This document shows positions 1 through 10,050 of a stretch of 64,000 bases of DNA, one piece after another. The position numbers were made by a program, and so were the translations under genes. The number at the start of each line of letters is the position of its first letter. The first letter of the stretch is position 1. The notes under the pieces are model-generated. The model saw only the letters and a program-made list of their open reading frames with translations. It did not search any database and had not been told where the DNA came from. Source of the DNA: a bacterium (GTDB lineage: Bacteria > Patescibacteriota > Minisyncoccia > Phycocordibacterales > UBA6899); NCBI GenBank assembly GCA_021851895.1, contig JAJZQJ010000002.1, positions 5,046 through 69,045 of the forward strand, given 5' to 3'.

Positions 1-1
1 T

Positions 2-334
2 AAGCATGATTCTTACCAAGAAGAATGCGAACTTGTTGAGGTGATTGTGGACACATTGTCTCTCGGGGTTGGGGTGAGCAAGGAGCTTGTTTGGAATTCT
101 CTAGTGCAAGCATACATGTCTGGTTTAGACATTACCTCACCCGAATTCTTAGAAAACATGGGAGAGACGCTTAATTCTGACCTATTTTCTTCTGTTGCTT
201 TTGCGCGCATCACGAATCTGTGGGATGCGGTATATAACAGAAGATCAACGAATATTCCTGACCTAGTTCAGAAGTTTAAGGAACTAAAGGAGACTCTTGA
301 GCATGAAGATCATGCAAAAAAAGAAACTGAATAG
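2..334 (+). CDS. hypothetical protein, 5'-truncated by the window edge
   Basis: Frame is open from base 2 through the listed 41..334 ORF; no recognisable motif. Confidence 0.6.
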   Translation, partial: KHDSYQEECELVEVIVDTLSLGVGVSKELVWNSLVQAYMSGLDITSPEFLENMGETLNSDLFSSVAFARITNLWDAVYNRRSTNIPDLVQKFKELKETLEHEDHAKKETE

Positions 335-531
335 TTTGTATTGCTTAGCACAAATGGGCATATGTCACTGTGCTACGTCGTGAGAAGGGATAATCTCGTT
401 TGGGATCAAGGGAATGGCCCCCTTGATCCCCGATATCATCTCACGATTTCAGCAATGGCTAAAAAGGACGCGCAGGCGTTCTTTTCATTTGCCTTTCTCG
501 GTCGCAAACAAGGCAGCAGCGATAGAATACA

Positions 532-560
532 TTGACATAATACAAATACTATATTATAAT
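532..560 (+). promoter_or_regulatory. consensus sigma70 promoter
   Basis: TTGACA (532-537), 17 nt, TATAAT (555-560), upstream of the ORF at 610. Confidence 0.75.
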
Positions 561-609
561 ATTCTCGACAAGATCTTTAAATTTCACGCACTCTTTTTGG
601 GAGGTAGCA

Positions 610-1161
610 ATGATTCTCGTCGAATACCGTCGTTTTAACGGCGCCGAGGCGCCCGTCATGGTCCACACAAGGACGAGCGCCGATGCGCTCACGAGTCTCG
701 TCAAGTACGAGATCGGGTTTGGTGGTCGCATTATCGAGGTCACCGCGACGCGCGTCGTGGTTTCCACGACGGTGCTGGGCTGCAAGGATGTCGTCATCTT
801 TTCCGGAGATGTGGAGGAGATGCGCCGCCTCGTGCTCGCCGCGCAGGCTGCCACCTACGTCTTCTCCGAGAAGGAGAGCGTACGCGCACTCGCCGAGGGG
901 ACCATCGACGCGATGAAGCAGTGTGGTGCCGATGAGCATGGGCGCATGCGTCCCTTCCTCTCCGCGCACCTCGCGCCCCTCATTGCTGGAGGTGCGGTCG
1001 GGAAGATCGCGCTCTTCGCTGCGATGGAAGTTGAGGATGATTCCGCGCTTCGCCGTCTTTCTCCGCTTTCGCTCGACCAGCTCGTCGAGCTCGCCGAGGT
1101 TGCTGCGTCCACGGGGGCCACGCTCATGGAGTGCGCTACTGTTCTCGGCTGCGTCGCGTAG
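610..1161 (+). CDS. hypothetical protein (183 aa)
   Basis: GGGAGG SD before ATG, GC-rich codon bias, upstream promoter, downstream hairpin and T-tract. Confidence 0.8.
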   Translation: MILVEYRRFNGAEAPVMVHTRTSADALTSLVKYEIGFGGRIIEVTATRVVVSTTVLGCKDVVIFSGDVEEMRRLVLAAQAATYVFSEKESVRALAEGTIDAMKQCGADEHGRMRPFLSAHLAPLIAGGAVGKIALFAAMEVEDDSALRRLSPLSLDQLVELAEVAASTGATLMECATVLGCVA

Positions 1162-1310
1162 CTGCCAAAGGTTTTCCAGTTGTCCTCAACAACTGGTTTT
1201 TTCTTTTCCAATATCGTGGTGCATGCATGCTATACTTTGTACATGAAAAGAGTCTCGTGTGATCAGGAGGCAGGGGGAGTGCGTTTGAATTTTGGTCGAA
1301 TGCAATAGAT

Positions 1311-2510
1311 ATGAAAAAACATTCCTTATTCACACTTTTGCGTACGGCGCTCTATATAGGTGCGACGGGGTATGGAGGCCCTGCGATCATCATGCAAATG
1401 AAAAAGCACATGGTCGATGAACGCGCATGCGTCACTGAGTCAGAATTTTTTGAGACGCTCGGACTCGCACAAATACTTCCCGGATCGACTGGTGTATCGG
1501 TAATGAGTGGTCTTGGGTTTCGTAAATATGGTTTGATCGGCGGTCTTCTTGCTCCGCTTTTTTATGTCCTGCCCGCGACAATAGCGATGCTCATCCTTTC
1601 ATGGGCATATTTTCGTTATGGGCATTTGTCGATCGTATCAACATTATTTCTCGGCCTCGGCGCGCTCGTCGTTGCGTTGCTCCTCAACGCAACCATTGGT
1701 CTCGGGAGCTCGGTGTTTGGCACTCGGTGGCCTGTCGATTGGAGGGCGCCGCTCATCGCAACATTCGCTTTCGTCGAAGTTGTATTCTTTGATTTCAATA
1801 TCATCGCGATGATTCTCGTTTCTGGGCTACTCGGACTCCTTCTCTACCGTTTGCCGGGTATCCATCGTACACATGGCAAGGATGCTTTAGGTGAAGTGCT
1901 TTCTGCTCCAACGCCGACACGAAAAATCGGCTTGCAGCGGTATGATCCATTGATCATATTTGGAATTGTCTTCCTCTTTGTGACACTGCTCACCGTGCCG
2001 GCTTTTAGCAACATCGTGATGACATTTTTCGGAATCGGCAGCATTGCGTTTGGTGGTGGGTTTGCGGCGATTCCAATCATGCAACATCAGATCGTTGGTG
2101 GTATGCATTGGCTTGATCTCCCTGATTTCATTAATGGAATCGCACTTGGGCAAATCACTCCAGGACCCGTCTTCATCACGACAACTTTCGTCGGTTACCG
2201 CGTTGCGGGTATATGGGGAGGCATCGTCGCGACTTTTGCAGTATTCTTGCCGTCTATCTTTCTTATTATGGGGGTATCGAACTTTCATAAACAGGTATTG
2301 TCTTCGGTTTCCGTGCGCTCTATCGTGAGTGGTTTCCTTTCGGGATTTATCGGCCTACTCGCAGCGATCACGCTGCAGTTCGGCGGCGAGATGTTGATCT
2401 CTTGGAAGGCGTGGTACATCTTTGCGGGTTCCGTAGTGTGGATCATACTCCTTAAAAAGAATCCGGGTTGGGCGATCATTGGTGCCGTGGGGCTCGCTTT
2501 GCTGCTCTAG
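1311..2510 (+). CDS. chrA: chromate efflux transporter (long-chain CHR family)
   Basis: Two homologous halves with GATGYGGP/GSIAFGGG and LAQILPG/LGQITPGP motifs; many TM segments. Confidence 0.9.
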   Translation: MKKHSLFTLLRTALYIGATGYGGPAIIMQMKKHMVDERACVTESEFFETLGLAQILPGSTGVSVMSGLGFRKYGLIGGLLAPLFYVLPATIAMLILSWAYFRYGHLSIVSTLFLGLGALVVALLLNATIGLGSSVFGTRWPVDWRAPLIATFAFVEVVFFDFNIIAMILVSGLLGLLLYRLPGIHRTHGKDALGEVLSAPTPTRKIGLQRYDPLIIFGIVFLFVTLLTVPAFSNIVMTFFGIGSIAFGGGFAAIPIMQHQIVGGMHWLDLPDFINGIALGQITPGPVFITTTFVGYRVAGIWGGIVATFAVFLPSIFLIMGVSNFHKQVLSSVSVRSIVSGFLSGFIGLLAAITLQFGGEMLISWKAWYIFAGSVVWIILLKKNPGWAIIGAVGLALLL

Positions 2511-2532
2511 TACGGACTGTTATACTATCTCT

Positions 2533-3396
2533 ATGCGAAATGCACGTACAAAACATATCCTTGAGAGCATCATCCTCATTGTTGCACTCGTCTGGATAGG
2601 GCTCTATCTCCTTGCAGGGGAGAAGACCGAACTTGAGAAAGCGACCCCGTCTGCTCCAGTCAACGTCGTGCCCGTTCCTGCTGCAACGAGTTCCGTTGAT
2701 CTTCCTGCTCCAACAACAAAAACACCGCCAGTGCAGCCTATTGTGAAGGATACGGTTACGCTTGCCATGGGGGAGACCGCGGTCTTAAGCGGTATTTCTA
2801 TCACTCCCTCAGAAGTCATTGAGGACAGCAGGTGCCCACTCGGTGTTATGTGTATTCAGGCGGGGCGGGTCCGATTGCGCGCTATTTTGAATATTGGTTC
2901 GGAGACTGGTTCACCGATATTTTTAGTTGGAGAGCCCGTACTTACAGATAATGGTACGGTGACGTTGATCGGAGTAGACCCGATCAAACGACGCGATGTC
3001 GAAATCGGAAATTCTGATTACCATTTCACTTTTAAGGTAACGGATGAGCACATGGTCTACTTGAATGCGGCGACGAGTACTGTTGTTGTCGCGACACCGC
3101 AACCGGGTGCTGTTGTGGGGAAGACGTTTACTGTAAAAGGGCAAGCATGGGGGAATTGGTTCTTCGAGGGGTCATTTCCCGTCGTCCTGCGTGACCAAAT
3201 GGATACGGTTATCTCCACGGGTATCGCCAAAGCAGATACTGATTGGATGAAGGATGCGTTCGTGCCATTTACCGCGAAAATTGTCGCGCCGAATACCTAC
3301 TCAGGACCCGCGACACTTGTTTTAAAAAAGGATAATCCATCAGGCCTCCCCGCAAATGATGCTTCAGTTGCGTGGTTGGTCCATGTGGAATACTAA
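2533..3396 (+). CDS. membrane-anchored protein with C-terminal Gmad2 Ig-like domain
   Basis: N-terminal TM, Pro/Thr linker, EDSRCP..CIQAG motif, C-terminal GNWFFEGSFPV...LKKDNPSGLP; start reassigned to 2533. Confidence 0.75.
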   Translation: MRNARTKHILESIILIVALVWIGLYLLAGEKTELEKATPSAPVNVVPVPAATSSVDLPAPTTKTPPVQPIVKDTVTLAMGETAVLSGISITPSEVIEDSRCPLGVMCIQAGRVRLRAILNIGSETGSPIFLVGEPVLTDNGTVTLIGVDPIKRRDVEIGNSDYHFTFKVTDEHMVYLNAATSTVVVATPQPGAVVGKTFTVKGQAWGNWFFEGSFPVVLRDQMDTVISTGIAKADTDWMKDAFVPFTAKIVAPNTYSGPATLVLKKDNPSGLPANDASVAWLVHVEY

Positions 3397-3513
3397 ACGG
3401 CGAGCGCCGTTTTTTATACCACTTTGACAACATAAACTATATATTATGTAATTTGACAGATATAAAATATACTGTAGAAAAGGATTAGCGTTCTTTTTCT
3501 GACAGGAGGCTTC

Positions 3514-5259
3514 GTGCCGAGGCAGTTACGTTTCATACGGATTTCGAACAGTCGCAATACGTGGTATATCGTTTCGATATCGACCATATTTGCGATGATC
3601 GTTATGGCTGTCTTCGAATTCTCGCAGCGAGCCATTCATCCCGACATCACTTATACGGAGTCGCGAATCTACACCATCTTTTTTGTTGGTGCGATCGTAG
3701 GTTTGGTCGCCTATTACATCAAGCAGCGAGAAAACAGTTTTATCGCTGAAAAGAATAGGGCACAGCGCACGCTCCGTGAAAACGAAGTGCGTTTTCAAAA
3801 GTTGGTCTCGCACGTCCCAGGTGCGGTCTATCAATTCCGGCGCGACCCTTCCGGGAAATACTCGGTGCCATTCGCAACGGAGGGCCTCACCGAACTTTTT
3901 GGTTGCAGCCCGGAGGAGGTGAGAGATTCCTATGATCCGATCGCCGCAATCGTCGTTCCCGACGATCTTCCTGGCCTTCTCGAGTCGTTTGAGCTGTCTG
4001 CGGCGAGTCTTTCGATGCGCCAGCATGAATTCAGGGTAAAGATTCCGGGTCAGCCGATGAAATGGCTACTGAGTCACTCGACTCCCGAGTGTATTGAAGA
4101 TGGTAGCGTGCTTTGGCATGGTCATGTCGCCGATATCACGAAATATCGCCTCGCGGGTGAAGAGCGGATGCGCTTACAAAAACTCGAATCACTCGGAGTG
4201 CTCGCAGGGGGTATCGCGCATGATTTCAATAACATTTTGACCGCGATTATGGCCAACGCTTCTATGGCGAACCTCACCGCGCGCGACGAGGTGCAAAACG
4301 ATTCGCTTTCCGCAATCGTCAAGGCATCGGAGCGAGCCGCAGGTCTCACTCAGCAATTGCTCGCATTTGCGCGGGGTGGTATACCCTCTACGCAAGTCGC
4401 TTCGATCGCTGACGTGATAAAGGACTCTGCTGAGTTCATTCTCGGTAAGAGTTCGAAATCCGTCTGCGAGATGGATATTGCGGATGATCTTTGGTTGGTC
4501 GACATCGACGGATCGCAGATCGCACAGGTCATACAGAATCTCGTATTGAACGCCGATCAAGCGATGCCTGATGGGGGAAAGATAAAAATTCTTGCAAGGA
4601 ATGTCACTAACCCTCCATCGATCTCTGAAAAAGGGGATTTCGTTCACATCTCGGTCATTGACAAGGGTATCGGGATCCCTAAAGAATCCTTCGACAGTAT
4701 TTTCGAGCCCTACTTCACCACGAAGGGTGCGGGCTCGGGTTTGGGTCTTTCTGTCGTGTTTCGTATCATCGAGAAGCATAAAGGGAGGATCGTGGTGAGC
4801 TCGAAGCAGGGGAAGGGGAGTACGTTCTGTATCTTCTTGCCTGCGGACCATTCGAAGTCGAAGCCTGTTCCGACGATTGATGACGACGCATCTGTTTCGA
4901 AGACATACAAGATCCTTGCGATGGATGATGATCTGATGATGCAGGAAGTGCTGAATGAGGCCCTTTCGATGCTCGGACATCGTGTGACCATGACGGGGAA
5001 TGGAGATGAGGCGATCGATGCGTATCGGACGACCGCTTTCACGGGAGAGCCTTTCGATCTCGTCATCTTAGACTTGACCATCCCCGGAGGGATGGGCGGA
5101 GAAGAGACGCTTCGTCGACTCCTCGAGATCAATCCTGATCTCGTTGCGATCATTTCGAGTGGCTATGCTGACCGAATTCCAACCGGTTTCAAGGCCGCGC
5201 TCCCCAAGCCATACAACCTGAAAACCCTCAGTGGGGTGATCAGGGCTGCCATGCTGTAG
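3514..5259 (+). CDS. hybrid sensor histidine kinase (2 TM, PAS, HisKA, HATPase, REC)
   Basis: H-box GIAHDFNNIL, N-box NLVLNA, DKGIGI, FTTK..GSGLGL, receiver MDDD...LVILD...KP; GTG start after AGGAGG. Confidence 0.92.
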   Translation: MPRQLRFIRISNSRNTWYIVSISTIFAMIVMAVFEFSQRAIHPDITYTESRIYTIFFVGAIVGLVAYYIKQRENSFIAEKNRAQRTLRENEVRFQKLVSHVPGAVYQFRRDPSGKYSVPFATEGLTELFGCSPEEVRDSYDPIAAIVVPDDLPGLLESFELSAASLSMRQHEFRVKIPGQPMKWLLSHSTPECIEDGSVLWHGHVADITKYRLAGEERMRLQKLESLGVLAGGIAHDFNNILTAIMANASMANLTARDEVQNDSLSAIVKASERAAGLTQQLLAFARGGIPSTQVASIADVIKDSAEFILGKSSKSVCEMDIADDLWLVDIDGSQIAQVIQNLVLNADQAMPDGGKIKILARNVTNPPSISEKGDFVHISVIDKGIGIPKESFDSIFEPYFTTKGAGSGLGLSVVFRIIEKHKGRIVVSSKQGKGSTFCIFLPADHSKSKPVPTIDDDASVSKTYKILAMDDDLMMQEVLNEALSMLGHRVTMTGNGDEAIDAYRTTAFTGEPFDLVILDLTIPGGMGGEETLRRLLEINPDLVAIISSGYADRIPTGFKAALPKPYNLKTLSGVIRAAML

Positions 5260-5320
5260 AACGTTTCTGTACCATAATGAGAAACATATTCGTTTCAGCC
5301 CGCATTGCGGGCTTTTTTGT

Positions 5321-5386
5321 TTGACAGCATACTTTTTGGGTGGTAAGTTTTACTAATAATTAGATAAACTAATTATCTAAACTTAC
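5321..5386 (+). promoter_or_regulatory. marR-type promoter with nested inverted repeats (probable operator)
   Basis: TTGACA-17-TAAGTT; IRs ATAATTAG/CTAATTAT (5356-5376), TTAGATAA/TTATCTAA (5360-5380), GTAAGTTT/AAACTTAC (5343-5386). Confidence 0.6.
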
Positions 5387-5387
5387 T

Positions 5388-5801
5388 ATGACTACAGAAA
5401 AAGATCTCGAGGATATCATCCTTGGCTTTCACCGAAAGCTCATCGAGGAGCTTCAAAAGGAGGCTGAGCGTTTGCATATTACTCCATCACAGCTGCAGGT
5501 CCTGCAGTGTATCTCGGAAAGGGAACATCCAACGATGAAGGATATTGCGAACGAATTGCGCATCACTCCTCCATCAGTAACGACGATCGTCGAATCATTG
5601 CATGATCAAGGTTTCGTGCGAAGGGAAGAGGATCAGAACGATCGTCGCGTTGTGCGCATTTCGATCACGCCAAAGACGTACAAGATGTACTCCTCGCTTA
5701 AAGATGCGAAATTCATCGTGCTGAAGAATCTCTTTGCAAAGTTGAGTGAAGAAGATAGGTCCGCACTCAGTAAGATCATAACCAAGATCATCAATACATA
5801 A
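5388..5801 (+). CDS. MarR family transcriptional regulator
   Basis: ITPSQLQVL...IANELRITPPSVTTIV..L...GFVRR...DRRVVRISIT winged HTH. Confidence 0.92.
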   Translation: MTTEKDLEDIILGFHRKLIEELQKEAERLHITPSQLQVLQCISEREHPTMKDIANELRITPPSVTTIVESLHDQGFVRREEDQNDRRVVRISITPKTYKMYSSLKDAKFIVLKNLFAKLSEEDRSALSKIITKIINT

Positions 5802-5805
5802 TCAT

Positions 5806-6891
5806 ATGAAACATAAGATATTACACATACTCAATAAACCTACGCAAGTGATCGGTGTCACCGCGGTGCTCGCGCTGATCGCAGGTGCTTTTATTTATCG
5901 TTACGTCGGTGTTGCACCAGAGGTGCATATCGAGGAGGGGATAAAGAAGACCGCATCGCTTGTTGGAGGCTACCGTGATGGCGATGAGGTCAATCTCGCG
6001 TTTCCAAAAGGCGGACGCGTTAATGAGGTCACTGTAAAAGTCGGTGATCACGTCCATAAGGGTGATGTGCTCGCACAGCTCGATGCGATCGATGCCGAAG
6101 GTATGGTCAATCAAGCACGCGGCGCACTTGCAGTAGCGCAGGCAAATTACGAGAAGACATTAAGCGGTGCGACGGGTGCAGATATCGATGTCCTGAAGGC
6201 AGCCGTCGATAGAGCTCAGAGTAATCTCGACAAGACAAAGGAGACACAAAATATCGCAGTAAAGAATGCATATTTCAATCTCTTGAATTCAACCATTCAA
6301 GCATTTCCATCAGATGGAACGAGTGATGATTCCGCTCCAGTGATTTCGGGAACATACAATCTCGGCACCGTAGGCGATATCAATCTCGAATTCTTCCATA
6401 GTACAGGGGGAAGCGGTGTCGCATTCCGTGCTTCAGGTATGGCTACGGGCACGGGTCAGATCAATCTTATCAACGAGCAGCCCATTGGTGATTCTGGCCT
6501 TTATGTGAAATTTAAGGACAGTATGCAGATCCAGAATGAACATTGGACGATCAGTATACCAAATAAGAAAGCGCCAAATTATCTCGCAAATCTTAATGCC
6601 TATCAGTCTGCGTTCCGCGTACGTGACCAGATGGTCTCAGATGCACAAGCTGCACTCGAGCAGGCAAAGAGTGTGCTCGTTGCAAGGCAGGCAGCAGCGC
6701 GCCCAGAGGATGTTGCTATTGCTCGCGCAGGCGTTGAAGCTACACAGGGTGCACTCCATATCGCAGAGGGTGCATATAACAACAATTTCATTTACGCGCC
6801 CGAGGATGGTGATGTCACTATGGTGAATATAAAGTCTGGTGAGATCGCGGTCATGAATCAGCGCATCATTACGATGATCGTAAAGAAGTAA
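5806..6891 (+). CDS. HlyD/efflux membrane-fusion adaptor-like protein
   Basis: TM anchor, GRVNEVTVKVGDHVHKGDVLAQLD lipoyl-like half, coiled coil, IYAPEDGDV. Confidence 0.8.
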   Translation: MKHKILHILNKPTQVIGVTAVLALIAGAFIYRYVGVAPEVHIEEGIKKTASLVGGYRDGDEVNLAFPKGGRVNEVTVKVGDHVHKGDVLAQLDAIDAEGMVNQARGALAVAQANYEKTLSGATGADIDVLKAAVDRAQSNLDKTKETQNIAVKNAYFNLLNSTIQAFPSDGTSDDSAPVISGTYNLGTVGDINLEFFHSTGGSGVAFRASGMATGTGQINLINEQPIGDSGLYVKFKDSMQIQNEHWTISIPNKKAPNYLANLNAYQSAFRVRDQMVSDAQAALEQAKSVLVARQAAARPEDVAIARAGVEATQGALHIAEGAYNNNFIYAPEDGDVTMVNIKSGEIAVMNQRIITMIVKK

Positions 6892-6901
6892 TCTGACATA
6901 T

Positions 6902-7558
6902 ATGGAAGAACACAACAATAAGGGAGATGAACTCCTTAAGAAGAACGTCGTACGGAAGCCATGGATGAAAAGCGTCGTCGGTATCGTACTTATTCTCGTT
7001 GCCCTCGCGGCATTCACCTATTGGAGAATGGAATGGAAGAGGGTAAGTATCGAGAATGCATCGATCGAGGCCCCGATCATCGATCTTTCAGCCACTGCAC
7101 CAGGAATCCTCTCAGAGATCTATGTCTCTTCGGGAGATACTGTTCCTGCAAATACCGCGGTTGCAAAGGTGGGCAATGAGCTCATATTCACGAAGATCGC
7201 AGGACTCATTGTGAACGTCAATCGCCAGGAAGGACAATACTTCAACCCCGGTGTTCCTGTCGTGTCGATGATCGACACAAAGGAAGAGAAGGTGCTCGGA
7301 AAGATCGATGAGGATAAGGGCCTCGTTGATCTCAAGGTGGGGCAGCCTGCAACCTTCACTGTCGATGCATTTGGTAGTAAGCGATTCGAGGGATATGTTT
7401 CCTCGATCAGTCCAATGTCGAATCAAAGCGGCGTCATGTTTAACATCTCGGACAAACGCGAGATAAAACAGTTCGACGTCAAAGTGACGTTTGACGGTGC
7501 GCGCTATCCGATGCTGAAGCAAGGCATGTCTGCGAAGATCACTGTCTATACGAATTAA
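6902..7558 (+). CDS. EmrA/HlyD-like adaptor protein (short)
   Basis: TM anchor, barrel-sandwich motifs, LKVGQPATFTVDAF, LKQGMSAKITV. Confidence 0.8.
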   Translation: MEEHNNKGDELLKKNVVRKPWMKSVVGIVLILVALAAFTYWRMEWKRVSIENASIEAPIIDLSATAPGILSEIYVSSGDTVPANTAVAKVGNELIFTKIAGLIVNVNRQEGQYFNPGVPVVSMIDTKEEKVLGKIDEDKGLVDLKVGQPATFTVDAFGSKRFEGYVSSISPMSNQSGVMFNISDKREIKQFDVKVTFDGARYPMLKQGMSAKITVYTN

Positions 7559-7561
7559 TGT

Positions 7562-9046
7562 ATGACTGAACGATCTCAAGAAAAATTGAAGTGGATGGTT
7601 TTGCTGACCGTTATAGTGGGAACATTCTTGGGAAGACTCGATCAGACGATCGTGAATCTCGCATTGCCAAAGATGATCGATTCGTTCGGCATCACAGTTG
7701 CTTCCGCGGGGTGGATATCAACCGCATATATCCTCGCGAATGCGATCTTTGTGCCGATCTGGGGGAAACTTGGCGATACTCTGGGGCGTAAGAAGGTTTA
7801 CCTCATTGGTTTCTCGATCTTCATTTTTGGTTCAGTGCTCGCGGGATTCGCATGGAACTTAAGTTCCATGATCGTCTTTCGCATCATCCAGGCGATAGCC
7901 GGTTCCGCTGACTATCCGACCGCGATGTCGATCATCGCGGTGACCTTTGCGGAAGGGAAGGATCGCGCGAAAGCGCTTGGCATCTGGTCCGGCTCTTTTG
8001 CTGCTGCAGCAGTTTTCGGGCCTCTTCTCGGCGGCCCGTTGATCGATACGTTTGGTTGGCGTTCGGTCTTCCTTGTGAATCTTCCGATCGGCATCCTCGG
8101 TATCGTTATGGCAATGCGTTATATCAATGAGTCTCGTTCCGAAATCCGTTCGAAGCATTTCGATTGGTGGGGTGCGATCACGCTTGGCGCATCGCTCTCT
8201 GCGCTCGTCTTAGTGCTCGATAAGGGGCTCAGTTGGGGTTGGCTCTCAATGAACAGCATGCTTTCCTATGTTGCGACGATACTTTTCCTTTGGCTCTTTA
8301 TATTCATAGAGCACCATTCGGAGGAGCCGATCGTCGACCTGAAATTCTTTAAGATCCCTGCATTCGTCAACGTGCTTATGAATAACTTTATTGTATTCAT
8401 GGGCATGATGGGAAGCATGTTTCTTCTTCCCGTCTTCGCGCAGACGTTCCTGGGTTATTCTGCAACGGAGACCGGCTTCTTATTCATGCCGATGGTCGTT
8501 GCCATGATGTCCGCATCGATCTTGGGAGGCAATCTCACTGGAAAAGTGTCCTCGCGCATGGTCATCTTTTGGAGCACCTTGATCGCAGCGATCGGTACCT
8601 TCATGTTTATTGGCATCGATGCGAAATCGACCGCCGCTGATCTCATCTTGCCACTCATGGTAATGGCGTTTGGTCTTGGCCTCGGTATGGCGCAGCGAAC
8701 GAATATCATCGCTTCGCTTGTGGATCCACACGAGATCGGTATTGCTTCGTCGGTCCTTGCGCTCGTGCGTAACATCGCGGGAGCATTCGGCATCGCGCTC
8801 TTTGCAACGTATCTCACGAAGTCGATAGAGAACAACGTGCTTATCATCAATCACTTCAGTACGCTGCGCGCGCATGATCCTGCGACAATAGCGACGTATG
8901 TGCAGCTGGTGATCTTGAAGGCGCAGATCAATGCCTATAAGGATGTCTATATACTCGCAGCACTCGTCATATTTATCGGTGCGATCGTTGCATTATTCCT
9001 TCGCGTCAAAAACGAGGATACTACGGCAGTCGTCCACGTCGAATAA
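7562..9046 (+). CDS. MFS drug:H+ antiporter DHA2 (EmrB/QacA family)
   Basis: LDQTIVNLALP, GKLGDTLGRKK, GPLLGG...GWRSVFLVNLPIG; about 14 TM segments. Confidence 0.93.
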   Translation: MTERSQEKLKWMVLLTVIVGTFLGRLDQTIVNLALPKMIDSFGITVASAGWISTAYILANAIFVPIWGKLGDTLGRKKVYLIGFSIFIFGSVLAGFAWNLSSMIVFRIIQAIAGSADYPTAMSIIAVTFAEGKDRAKALGIWSGSFAAAAVFGPLLGGPLIDTFGWRSVFLVNLPIGILGIVMAMRYINESRSEIRSKHFDWWGAITLGASLSALVLVLDKGLSWGWLSMNSMLSYVATILFLWLFIFIEHHSEEPIVDLKFFKIPAFVNVLMNNFIVFMGMMGSMFLLPVFAQTFLGYSATETGFLFMPMVVAMMSASILGGNLTGKVSSRMVIFWSTLIAAIGTFMFIGIDAKSTAADLILPLMVMAFGLGLGMAQRTNIIASLVDPHEIGIASSVLALVRNIAGAFGIALFATYLTKSIENNVLIINHFSTLRAHDPATIATYVQLVILKAQINAYKDVYILAALVIFIGAIVALFLRVKNEDTTAVVHVE

Positions 9047-9080
9047 AATAAAAACATGCACCATGGGTGCATGTTTTTAT
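9047..9080. terminator. bidirectional intrinsic terminator between convergent genes
   Basis: ATAAAAACATGCACC-ATG-GGTGCATGTTTTTAT perfect hairpin. Confidence 0.75.
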
Positions 9081-9466
9081 TTGATGATATGAGGAACGAA
9101 TATGATGAGGCCTACGGCAAGTGCGATGATCGCAGTGATGAGTACTGCCCCTGCAGCAACGTCTTTGGTGTCCCTGGCATAGGGGTGTTCGTCAGGGGAG
9201 GTGAGGTCGATATCGATCTCTATTGCGGTATTGAAAGCCTCTGCGGCGATGACCATGCCGGAAGTCATGATGAGGAGTATCCATTCGATCTTCGAGATCT
9301 TGAAATACCACGCGAGGCAAAGCGCGAGCACAAAAGCAATGAGATGGATCCAGGCATTGTGTGTGCTTTTAATGAAGACCACAATGCCTCTCCCTGCATG
9401 AGTGAAGCTCTTTGCGCGCCTAACGATAGAGAAACGCTTTTTTTCTGAGAGAAGTCTTTCGTGCAT
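9077..9466 (-). CDS. dgkA: diacylglycerol/undecaprenol kinase
   Basis: SFTHAGRGI, EAFNTAIE, KDVAAGAVL; start reassigned to 9466. Confidence 0.9.
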   Translation of the reverse strand: MHERLLSEKKRFSIVRRAKSFTHAGRGIVVFIKSTHNAWIHLIAFVLALCLAWYFKISKIEWILLIMTSGMVIAAEAFNTAIEIDIDLTSPDEHPYARDTKDVAAGAVLITAIIALAVGLIIFVPHIIK

Positions 9467-9539
9467 GCTGCTATTATACCAAAAGGAGGGGGTGTGAGAA
9501 TTGCTGACCGTATCGTATAATAGTGCTATCATCCTTTAT

Positions 9540-10028
9540 ATGAATACATTCTTCATTTTCGGAGCGAAGTATCTCATCTTTCTACTCGGACTACTTGCGC
9601 TCTACTGGTTTCTTAGGTCTACAAAAGATGACCAACGTAAATTATTTCGATTCGGCGTTGTTTCTCTTCCGATAACATACATATTCGGCACTATTGGGGG
9701 CATGCTCTATAATAATCCGCGTCCGTTCGTTACAGAAGGTATTACGCCGCTGATTGCACATACGGCAAATAATGGTTTTCCATCGGATCATGCGCTTGCA
9801 GCCTTCGCTATTGCAGCAGTGTTCTTTGCTGTCGATCGCAAGAAAGCAACCGTGCTATTCGCGCTCGCAGTGATTGTGGCATTCTCGCGTGTCTTTGTCG
9901 GAGTGCATCACTACCTTGATGTCGAAGCGAGCCTCGTCTTCGTCATTCTTGGATGGCAGTTCACGAGCTTCTTTTTGTCGCGTTTCGGTGATCTCATCTT
10001 TAAAAAGCCGGTCGCTCAGTCGAAGTAA
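9540..10028 (+). CDS. PAP2 family phosphatase (undecaprenyl-pyrophosphate phosphatase-like)
   Basis: PRPF, FPSDHA and SRVFVGVHH catalytic motifs. Confidence 0.9.
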   Translation: MNTFFIFGAKYLIFLLGLLALYWFLRSTKDDQRKLFRFGVVSLPITYIFGTIGGMLYNNPRPFVTEGITPLIAHTANNGFPSDHALAAFAIAAVFFAVDRKKATVLFALAVIVAFSRVFVGVHHYLDVEASLVFVILGWQFTSFFLSRFGDLIFKKPVAQSK

Positions 10029-10050
10029 ATAAAAGACCCATAGGGGTCTT

